A DNA stretch of 64,000 nucleotides, from assembly GCA_041690595.1 (NCBI GenBank), contig JAWLHB010000002.1, forward strand, positions 62,001-126,000. The letters are read 5' to 3'. Below the pieces are notes generated by a model. The model worked only from the letters and a program-made list of their open reading frames with translations, searched no databases and was not told where the DNA came from. Shown piece by piece: positions 56,276-64,000 of this stretch. This DNA comes from Lentisphaeria bacterium (GTDB taxonomy: Bacteria; Verrucomicrobiota; Lentisphaeria; JABSQK01; JAWLHB01). Numbering within the stretch: position 1 is the stretch's first letter; the number at the start of each line of letters is the position of its first letter. A program made the translations under genes and the position numbers.

Positions 56276-58246
56276 ATGAGGGAAGCCGACATGGGTTCGA
56301 TCACAAGGTTGCGGAGTGAACATCTGCAGGCGGATATCGATAACGATACCCTGGCGGTGGTGGTGACGGACCGGCGCAACGGCACCGTTTGGCGCATGCA
56401 GAATTCGGGCCCGGGGGACATCGGCTTGAAGGGGCACTGCGGCCCATGGCAGGGCATGGCCTTTGCCAGCGCGCGCGAACGGCGTTGGGAGGCGAGCGAG
56501 AGCGAGGCGGAGGTGATTCTGGGCGGATGGCCGTATGCGGCCAACGTCTGGTCTCCTGCCGCGCTGGGGGTGATCATACGCTTCTCGCTGCAGGGGGCGG
56601 CCCTGCGCATCGGCCTCTCGCCACATCGCCCGGAGCATGGCGAGATCTCCCTCATCGACAGCTATTACCCGCGCGGCTTTCTCTTCCCCGAAGGCGACAG
56701 CGGCAAGCTTGTCCTTCCCTATGGCCAGGGGTGCCTCCTCGACCGGGACTTCCCCCATGACCTCGACATGGTCCAGCCCGGCTGGGTGGGGATCGGCTTC
56801 ACCATGCCCTGGTGGGGACAGCTCACTGGCGGCGGGAGTGGGCTGATTGCCCTTCCCGAGACGCCCGACGACCTCGGGTTCCGCCTCAAGACGGAGTCCC
56901 CCGGCGGGCTCACGGTGCATCCCTACTGGCAGGCGTCTCTTGGTGGTCTCCGCTACGAGCGAGCCATCACCTACGAGTTCCATGCGACGACCACCGTCCC
57001 GCAACTGGCCCGGCGCTACCGGCAGCATGCCGAGGCCCGCATGAGCGTGACGACGCTGGCGGAGCGGGCTGTCGAACGCCCCTCGGTCGACCTGCTGCGC
57101 GGCGGCATGCAGGCGGCCGTCTGGGCCATGTCCACCTTCCCGGATCGTATCCTCCAGGCGGATTTCGCGACCTGCACCAAGCGCTATCGACGGCTGATGG
57201 AGGGTGCCGGCATCGAGCGCGCCATTTGCCACGTCGACGGCTGGGGCAAGGACGGTTACGACTACAATCACCCGGACGTGCTGCCGCCGGACGAGCGGCT
57301 TGGCGGCTGGGAAGGGTTGCGCCGCATGGCCGACGAGGTGCGCGCGCTCGGTCATGGCTTCCTGCTCCACGACAACTATGTGGACTACTATGCGCACACC
57401 GCGGCTTTCCAGAATGATGATGGGGTCCTGGATTTGAGCAACATGCATTCGGAGAGTACCGAGTGGCTGGGCGGGCGGCAGCAGTGGCTTTGCGCCACGC
57501 GCGCCATGCGGTACGCGCGGCAGAATGCCGAAGAACTGGCCGAGCGACTGCCAATGGACGGCATCTATGTGGATTGCTGGACAATCGGTCATCTGCGCGA
57601 GTGTTTCGATCAGCGGCATCTGGCCGACCGGGCGGCCGCGCGTCGCGCCTGGAGCGAGGTGTTCGCCATGTTCCAGGGGCTTGGCTGGCTCTCCAGCTCG
57701 GAAGGTGGCAACGATTGGGCCGTGCCCGTGGTCGACTTCTGCCACACCGTGCAGCCCGAAGTCATCCCCCACCCGCTTCGGGATATCGCCGCCAGCTTCG
57801 GTACACCGATCCCCCTGTACGCGATGGTCTGGCATGACTGCCTGGGCGTCCCTGGCTGGATCGAGATGAAGCCCAGCCGGGCGGTCATCCGCGAAGGCTG
57901 CGTCGTCCAGCAGAAGCGCGATATGCGGCTGTGGACGCTGCTCTGGTGCGGCATCCCCTCCTTCCGCACCCCTTCGCTGGAGATCCGGGGTATTCCCGAC
58001 GGCAGCGCGGCGTTCGAGGAGGAGGTCGCCTTCGTGCGCGAGCTGAAGGTGATTGCCGACTTCAGTGCCAAGGCCGGCTTCCTGCCGCTCACGCACTGGG
58101 AATGTTCGTCCGACGGCGAAGAACAGAGCGCCACGTACGGTGGCGAGGCCACCGTGACCGTCGATTTCAATCGGAACCGCTACGTGCTCAAGGCACCTGG
58201 CCTGGAGAGAAGCGGCAGTTTTGGGTCCGAAACCAAGCAGCCATGA
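56276..58246 (+). CDS. GH129/GH101-like (DUF5696-type) glycoside hydrolase, possible alpha-N-acetylgalactosaminidase
   Basis: LVLPYGQG, FTMPWWG, HVDGWGKDGYDYNHPDVLPP, GGWEGL, HDNYVD, GIYVD, SSEGG, IPLYAMVWHDC. Start 56276 or 56291. Confidence 0.7.
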   Translation: MREADMGSITRLRSEHLQADIDNDTLAVVVTDRRNGTVWRMQNSGPGDIGLKGHCGPWQGMAFASARERRWEASESEAEVILGGWPYAANVWSPAALGVIIRFSLQGAALRIGLSPHRPEHGEISLIDSYYPRGFLFPEGDSGKLVLPYGQGCLLDRDFPHDLDMVQPGWVGIGFTMPWWGQLTGGGSGLIALPETPDDLGFRLKTESPGGLTVHPYWQASLGGLRYERAITYEFHATTTVPQLARRYRQHAEARMSVTTLAERAVERPSVDLLRGGMQAAVWAMSTFPDRILQADFATCTKRYRRLMEGAGIERAICHVDGWGKDGYDYNHPDVLPPDERLGGWEGLRRMADEVRALGHGFLLHDNYVDYYAHTAAFQNDDGVLDLSNMHSESTEWLGGRQQWLCATRAMRYARQNAEELAERLPMDGIYVDCWTIGHLRECFDQRHLADRAAARRAWSEVFAMFQGLGWLSSSEGGNDWAVPVVDFCHTVQPEVIPHPLRDIAASFGTPIPLYAMVWHDCLGVPGWIEMKPSRAVIREGCVVQQKRDMRLWTLLWCGIPSFRTPSLEIRGIPDGSAAFEEEVAFVRELKVIADFSAKAGFLPLTHWECSSDGEEQSATYGGEATVTVDFNRNRYVLKAPGLERSGSFGSETKQP

Positions 58247-58283
58247 GCTGGGCTGGATCAATCTTTCAAAGGAGGAGAAGACC

Positions 58284-60917
58284 GTGAAGAGACAAGTCAA
58301 ACGGATAGAATGCAGACTGGCCGTGGTGCTGCTTCTGGGGGTGTGCCTTTTGTCGTCGCGTGCGGATGAGCCGCCGGATGGAGCGCCCGATCCTGCCTGG
58401 GGCAAAGCCTTGCGTTGGAGCCAGGTTGCCAGCGTCGAGACGCTTCCCGGTATGCAGGCGATCGCCAAGCTGAACGACGGCGATCCCATGACCAGCGGCA
58501 TCTGGTGTCCGGGGACGGAAGGTGGCGGCGAGGTGGCGATCCGCTTCCCCGAGCCGTTGGAGATCACTCAGTTCCGCTTCCTCCAGCGCGGTGGCGGCGC
58601 GACGAAGGTCAGGCTGAGCGCGGATACCGACGGCGAAGGATTCACGACGGTCATCGCCGAGCGCAACGATCCCAAGGCGGTCACCGGGAGCTTCATTTCA
58701 ATTCCCGTGAACCGCAAGGTACTCGGGCTGAAGCTGACCTGTCTGGAAGGCACCAGCGGCTACCGCGCCCCGTTCCCCATTCTTGGGGAAATCGAGATCT
58801 ACAGCACAACGCCGATGCCCGCCGCCCCACGCTCCGCCGCCACTGCGCCGGCCCTTCGCCTCGGCGCGAAGAAAGCGCTCCCGGCGTTCACGCGCAAGGA
58901 GATCGATATTCGACTCTGCATCGATACCTGGCATGCCGGGCTCCACGCGAAGGCGGACCCCGCCAAGCTGGAAGAGAATCCAGCCTTCCTGGCGATGCTT
59001 GCGCGGTTCAAGGAGGCCGACGCCAACAGCGCGCGCCTCTTCTGCGAGACTGGCTGCAGTTCCGACCAGATGCCGTGGAAGAGCGAAAAGCTGTGGCCTG
59101 GGCATGGCATGGATCACCTGGGACCGCTCAGCCAGGCGCTGCACAAGAACGGGCTGAAGCTCTACTTCTTCACGCACGCCTGGATGTCGCCGTTCCAGAA
59201 GCGAGGTGAACGCGCCCAGATGCCCTACTGCCGTTGGGACTATCCGTATGAGCAGAGCGACCGCCTGGTTGGTGTAGACGATCACTACAAGGTGACCTAT
59301 CCATGCGTCATCAGCGACCCCGGCTTCCACGACAACTGGCTGCAACTCCTGCGCGAAGCGCTTCAAGAGGGCGCCGACGGTGTCTATGCGATGCCCGACG
59401 AGTACTATTTCAAGGGGCACAACCTGTCGCGCGTGGACTGCCCGCCTTGCGAAGCCGCGTTCAAGGAGATGTATGACTACGATTCGCTGCCAACGGGCGG
59501 GGGCTTCACGGTGGACAGGAGCGGCGGCACCGTCGTGATCAACCGCGGACAGATCGAAGACACGGAGAAGTACCGCAAGTGGAAGCTCTTCGAATATCGG
59601 AAGCTCGCCGACCTCTTCCACTCGGTATCCGCGAAACTGCGCAACGAGTTTCCCGAGGCCGAGATCGTGATGAGCGACAACAAGATCACCGAGGATCTGA
59701 GCGGTCGACTGGAACATACGATCGCGCTCGACATCATCGAGAATGACCCGCATGCCGACCTCGCGCAGATGTACGGCAACGCGGTGCTCGACCGGGTTGG
59801 CTGGATTTCCGCCTACGTACGGCGCATCGCGGCCGCGGCAGGTGAAGAGAAGCTTCTGGCCAGCATCCAGTGGCTCGGGGTGCAAGGCGCTCCGCTCGAT
59901 TACCCGATCCAACTCCACGGCTATGCGTTGCCACAGATCATGCTCGGCGCCCGGGCTTACGAAAACTACCGGCTCAACTACATGTACGATAAGGGCTGGT
60001 GGCCCACCGCCGTGGAATGCCACAAGATGATCCGCCTGCTGGAGCAGTGGGGCGTGCGCGAGGCCGTGACGCCGGACGTGGCGTGCCTGATCCAATCGCG
60101 CGCCTCGGAGGATTGGTGGCGGACGAAGCTGGAAGGCATGACCGATGCATCCGCCAGCGACGATGTGGCCTTCCACCTGCTTTACGCTGGTGAAGATATC
60201 AACAAATCGGCGGCCAAAGCCGAGGGCTCGGAGCGCGATCGCCTGCTGAAACTGCACGCGTTGCGCGGCGTGGGGAGCAAGCTGAGCATGGAGAGCCTCC
60301 TGTGCGAAGCGGGCATCCCGTACCGCGTCGCCTTCGCCGAGCGTATCGACAATCTGCGGGAGCTCAAGCGGCACAAGCTGCTGATCATGCCCTTCTGCTA
60401 TTCGCTGTCGACAGCGGCCTTCGCGGAAATCAAGGAAGCGGTGGAGGCCGGTTCCACACTGGTGATCTTCGGGCCGCTGGCGCCGACGGACGAATACGGC
60501 AGCCCGCATCCGGAGCCGCTGCTCAAGTCGCTGGTCGGTCGGCCCAACGTGATCCATGTGGAAGACGATCTGGCCACCGTCGGCAACAGCGTCGCCAAAC
60601 GAGCCGAGTATGCGAAGCTATTCGAGCCGGTGCTCAAGCCGCTGGGATACGGGTGCGAGGCGAACGGGCAGCAGGTCGAGTGCCTGGTCCGGGCGCTGCC
60701 GGAGGGTCAGGGCTACCTTGTCTATCTCGGCAATTGGGACAATGCGCCCTCCCGCCCCATCGTCTCCCTGCCGCCGCTGGCCGGCAAAGCGAAGCTGGAG
60801 GTATACAGCTCCGCGACCAGTGCGCTCGCGGATGCGGAGGTTGGGGATCTGACATCTTTTGCCGTGGAGCTTGCCCCGGCGGAAGTGAAGTTGCTGCATG
60901 TCCGGCGCGAGGACTGA
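58284..60917 (+). CDS. Secreted putative glycoside hydrolase (discoidin-like N-domain, TIM barrel, GH42-type trimerisation-like domain)
   Basis: RBS GGAGGAG plus GTG, signal peptide. LNDGD...W...EIEIY module, DGVYAMPDE, and C-terminal HKLLIMP...VEAGSTLV...DEYG. Confidence 0.6.
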   Translation: MKRQVKRIECRLAVVLLLGVCLLSSRADEPPDGAPDPAWGKALRWSQVASVETLPGMQAIAKLNDGDPMTSGIWCPGTEGGGEVAIRFPEPLEITQFRFLQRGGGATKVRLSADTDGEGFTTVIAERNDPKAVTGSFISIPVNRKVLGLKLTCLEGTSGYRAPFPILGEIEIYSTTPMPAAPRSAATAPALRLGAKKALPAFTRKEIDIRLCIDTWHAGLHAKADPAKLEENPAFLAMLARFKEADANSARLFCETGCSSDQMPWKSEKLWPGHGMDHLGPLSQALHKNGLKLYFFTHAWMSPFQKRGERAQMPYCRWDYPYEQSDRLVGVDDHYKVTYPCVISDPGFHDNWLQLLREALQEGADGVYAMPDEYYFKGHNLSRVDCPPCEAAFKEMYDYDSLPTGGGFTVDRSGGTVVINRGQIEDTEKYRKWKLFEYRKLADLFHSVSAKLRNEFPEAEIVMSDNKITEDLSGRLEHTIALDIIENDPHADLAQMYGNAVLDRVGWISAYVRRIAAAAGEEKLLASIQWLGVQGAPLDYPIQLHGYALPQIMLGARAYENYRLNYMYDKGWWPTAVECHKMIRLLEQWGVREAVTPDVACLIQSRASEDWWRTKLEGMTDASASDDVAFHLLYAGEDINKSAAKAEGSERDRLLKLHALRGVGSKLSMESLLCEAGIPYRVAFAERIDNLRELKRHKLLIMPFCYSLSTAAFAEIKEAVEAGSTLVIFGPLAPTDEYGSPHPEPLLKSLVGRPNVIHVEDDLATVGNSVAKRAEYAKLFEPVLKPLGYGCEANGQQVECLVRALPEGQGYLVYLGNWDNAPSRPIVSLPPLAGKAKLEVYSSATSALADAEVGDLTSFAVELAPAEVKLLHVRRED

Positions 60918-60925
60918 GTACGACC

Positions 60926-63274
60926 ATGAAGGTCATCTATCCGGCAGATGGCGAGAAGGTGTACGGGATCGCGGCCGCGGCATTCGTGGACTATTGGCAG
61001 CGGATCACGGGAGAGTTGCTTACCGCCACTCCCGTCGCTTCGCGCGAGTTGCCGGCGGGCGATCTGGTGCTGATCGGCAGCGACGCCGCCAATGCGCTCA
61101 CGCACCTGCTGATCAAGCAGCGCTTCGTCGCCCGCCTTCGCCTCCGCTATGGCACCGACGACTATCAGTTGCTTTCGGTAACGGAGGGCTCCCGCCAGAT
61201 TCTGCTGCTTGCCGGCGGTTGCGGGCGTTCCACGCTGTACGCGGTCTATGACTTCTTCCGGCTTCGCGGCAAGGTGGAGTACTTCTGGGACGGCGACAGC
61301 TTTCACCATCACGGGCCGATCGACATCGCCAATCTGGATCACGCCGAACGCCCCCACTTCCACTATCGCGGTCTGCGCTACTTCGCTCATCGTGGCGCTC
61401 ACCGCTTCTTTCCGGAGATGTGGAATCTCGCGGAATGGCAGCATGAGATCGACTGGATACTGAAGCGCCGCATGAACCTGTTTATGCTGCGCATCGGCAC
61501 GGACGACCTCTTCCAGCGGGCCTTCGACCTCCCGTATCCGCCTGAAGACGGTCCTGATCCCGACGACGAAGCGCTGCCGCATGCGCGCACGGCGCTGTGG
61601 TCACTCGCCAGGCGGGGGGAGCTGCGCCGGCAGGTGCTGGCTTACGCTCGCGACCGGGGGCTGCTCCATCCTGAAGACACCGGCGCCATGTCCCACTGGT
61701 ACACGCCGGCGCCCTCGTCCTTCTTCCGGAAATTCCCCGACCTTCCCATGCTCGGTGGTGAACGCACCGACTGGTACTCGCACAAGAAGGTGGCCGTCTG
61801 GGATGTCGAATCCGATCAGGCCATGCAGCTCTACTGGCAGCTTACGGAGGCGCACATCGATGCCTTCGGTGGCGGTCGCCCCCGGCTCTTTCACACCATC
61901 GGCCTTGCCGAGCGGCTCTACGGCGACACCGAGGACGAGAACCTGCAGCTCAAGCTCTACACCCTGCGGCGCACCCAGGAGATCATACGCCGGCATTATC
62001 CCGATACGCCCATGCTGATCGCCGGGTGGGACCTGGCCATGTGGTGGAAGAGCGGCGACGTGCGGGATCTGCTGGACGAACTGGATCCGGCCACCGCGAT
62101 CGTCTTCGACTACAATGCCGACCAGGCGGGCCGCCGCACCTTCCGCGATTATGGCCTTCCCGGTCGGTTGCCATGGATCTTCGGCATGCTGCATGCGTTT
62201 GCCTTCAACAACGAGATGCGCGGAGATTACGCCATGCTGGGCGAGCGGCTCGTCGAGGCGGCCGGCGATCCCATGTGCCGCGGCTTCCTCTTCTGGCCGG
62301 AGCTTTCGCACAGCGACACCTTCGCCCTCGACTTCATTGCGGAGAAGGGTTGGCGCCCCGACCGGCTCACGCCGGCCGAGCTGGTCGAGGACTTCTGCCG
62401 GCGTCGCTATCCGGCGCATCTGCGAAAGAGCTGGGAGGCGATCTGGCAGCGTGCGCTCCGTCTGATCTCGCTGGTGCGCTGGGGCGAGGGCGAATGGCCC
62501 ATCAGCGCCTTTGATCTGGAGTTTCATCATCGCCTGCTGGAGAGCGATCAGTTCCGTCACCTCACTCCCGAACGCCTTGCGTACTACCAGGAGCGCTGCG
62601 GGCAGGTGCATCCCCAGCTTGCCAGTCTCGTCTCGCTGCTCGACTCGATGGTCGCCATGGCCGGTCTGAGCGGCGACGATCCACGCCTGTGCCGCGACCT
62701 GATCGACATCGCCCGCGCGGGCGCCAATCTGAGCCTGCGAACCATGTTCATGGACTACTGCGTCCGCCTGGAAGCGTGGCGCCATGGCCGGCAGAGAGCT
62801 GAAGATCTCGCCGGTGCCGAGGGGGTTATCCGCACTACCTTCCAGGCCCTTGCCGACCTGCTTGAACAGAACGACGACTTCTCGTTGCGCCTGACGCTGG
62901 AACGGCTGTCGAGCTTCGCGCCGCTCAATCCGGCCGCCGAGGCAACGCTGAAGAAGAACGCTTCCAGCTCCTACTGCCGCAACCAGACTTATGAAGTGGT
63001 CCGCTGCCTCTACTTGCCCGAGTTAGAAGTTTACTTCGAGCAGATGAAAGCCAAGCTGGCCCGCGACGACCGGTCGCCGTTCCAGGCGATCGAAGAGGAA
63101 AACGGTGCCATGGAAGCGGCGCGGCAGGGCATCTCCCGGAGTTTCATGGCGACGCCGCTCGCCCAGATGACCTTCACCAGCCTCCAATCGCCGGAGGAGC
63201 TTGCCTGCATTCTCACGACGCTGAAGCAGGAGGTCGAGCACTACCTTGCGGCAGCCTCAGGTCTCTTTACTTGA
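60926..63274 (+). CDS. GH89-like (alpha-N-acetylglucosaminidase-related) protein
   Basis: N-terminal LVLIG...LLAGG...TLYAVYDF module, then YRGLRYF...WNLAEWQHEIDWILKRRMNL and VLAYARDRG, resembling the GH89 TIM domain. Confidence 0.55.
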   Translation: MKVIYPADGEKVYGIAAAAFVDYWQRITGELLTATPVASRELPAGDLVLIGSDAANALTHLLIKQRFVARLRLRYGTDDYQLLSVTEGSRQILLLAGGCGRSTLYAVYDFFRLRGKVEYFWDGDSFHHHGPIDIANLDHAERPHFHYRGLRYFAHRGAHRFFPEMWNLAEWQHEIDWILKRRMNLFMLRIGTDDLFQRAFDLPYPPEDGPDPDDEALPHARTALWSLARRGELRRQVLAYARDRGLLHPEDTGAMSHWYTPAPSSFFRKFPDLPMLGGERTDWYSHKKVAVWDVESDQAMQLYWQLTEAHIDAFGGGRPRLFHTIGLAERLYGDTEDENLQLKLYTLRRTQEIIRRHYPDTPMLIAGWDLAMWWKSGDVRDLLDELDPATAIVFDYNADQAGRRTFRDYGLPGRLPWIFGMLHAFAFNNEMRGDYAMLGERLVEAAGDPMCRGFLFWPELSHSDTFALDFIAEKGWRPDRLTPAELVEDFCRRRYPAHLRKSWEAIWQRALRLISLVRWGEGEWPISAFDLEFHHRLLESDQFRHLTPERLAYYQERCGQVHPQLASLVSLLDSMVAMAGLSGDDPRLCRDLIDIARAGANLSLRTMFMDYCVRLEAWRHGRQRAEDLAGAEGVIRTTFQALADLLEQNDDFSLRLTLERLSSFAPLNPAAEATLKKNASSSYCRNQTYEVVRCLYLPELEVYFEQMKAKLARDDRSPFQAIEEENGAMEAARQGISRSFMATPLAQMTFTSLQSPEELACILTTLKQEVEHYLAAASGLFT

Positions 63275-64000
63275 TCTGAGCCGGAGCAGAACAGGCTGCA
63301 GCGCCTCTGCCAGGTTCTGGCCGATCAGCATGTGGCCGTAATCGCTGGGATGCACCATGTCGATGGTCATCCCGCCGATATCGGGCATCATCTCTCTTCC
63401 CTCGATGAGGAGTAGAGCATGTCGTGCGGCCAGCTCGCGCAGGATTGCGCTGAATTCCTCCTTGCGCCGACGCTGTGCGGCTTCGGCGGGGGCGAAATCG
63501 GAGAAGTGGGGAAATGGCGTCACCAGCACCAGCGGCCGCTCCGGGTGAGCGTTGTGGAGCGTCTCCACAAAATACGTGGCCCGCTCCCGGAAGGCATCGC
63601 CATCGAAGCGCCCGAGCATGTTGATGCCGAGTTCCAGGAGGGCGATGTCCCACTCCAGATCGTGGGCGAAGAAATCTGCAATCTCGGGCTCCAGCCAGCA
63701 GGATCCTCCCATCCCATAGTTGAGCACGTCCGCGCCCAACCGTCTGGCAAGATGCTGCACGTAGTGCCCGTCGACGCGCCCTGCCAGTGCCCCTTCCGTC
63801 AGGGACGAGCCGTAGGCGAGCAGGCGGATATCGGGCTGCTCGGAAGGGGTCGGTGGCCGTACGGGATGGCCGAAGGTCTGGAGGCGGTGATAGACCACAT
63901 GCAGTGGCGGCAGCAGCACCCGCCAGAGAGAGGGCGGGAAGCGCTGCCCCTTCCAGGCGTCGGGATCCACGTCGTTCAGCCGGGCTGGCGGCTGCAGGTG
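63257..64000 (-). CDS. SGNH/GDSL hydrolase, 5' end beyond window edge
   Basis: YGSSLTEG, NYGMGG, ELGINM, DMVHPSDYG. Confidence 0.85.
   Translation of the reverse strand, partial: HLQPPARLNDVDPDAWKGQRFPPSLWRVLLPPLHVVYHRLQTFGHPVRPPTPSEQPDIRLLAYGSSLTEGALAGRVDGHYVQHLARRLGADVLNYGMGGSCWLEPEIADFFAHDLEWDIALLELGINMLGRFDGDAFRERATYFVETLHNAHPERPLVLVTPFPHFSDFAPAEAAQRRRKEEFSAILRELAARHALLLIEGREMMPDIGGMTIDMVHPSDYGHMLIGQNLAEALQPVLLRLRSSKET

Noticed and set aside
55169..58567. 1132-aa minus-strand ORF, and similar long ORFs at 3465-5726, 13533-15530, 16977-19067 and 27463-30009
   Set aside because: Antisense shadows of well-supported genes in high-GC DNA, with no recognisable motifs.

Overview
GC-rich bacterial window, most likely from an assembled PVC-superphylum genome (Lentisphaeria-like). 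This is inferred from two prepilin/DUF1559-type genes, a sulfatase, a GntR-LacI hybrid regulator and many orphan CAZymes. There is one 100-N scaffold gap. Gene content: two regulator + pilin-like + CAZyme glycan-degradation loci; an assimilatory sulfate operon (rrf2-cysH-cysD-cysN); kdsB-kdsA-kdsC; a SufT / radical SAM / URO-D-family cluster; recF; and an M42 peptidase + GH129-like + GH89-like cluster. I saw no rRNA, tRNA, CRISPR-Cas or transposase genes. Four observations stand out. (1) A repeat-dense island (51.77-53.86 kb) in which a sigma70-like promoter and RBS precede a lone terminase-small-subunit-like N-terminus that reads in frame into a 93-bp tandem array of REP-like hairpins, bracketed by about 100-bp direct repeats. 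(2) CysN and the Rrf2 regulator both end in -YVI, resembling CysK-docking tails. (3) A wHTH protein gene behind a perfect 17-bp inverted repeat, followed by an AT-rich membrane ORF. (4) A tandem paralog pair preceded by a decayed third copy. All protein calls come from motif recognition by eye, not database searches.
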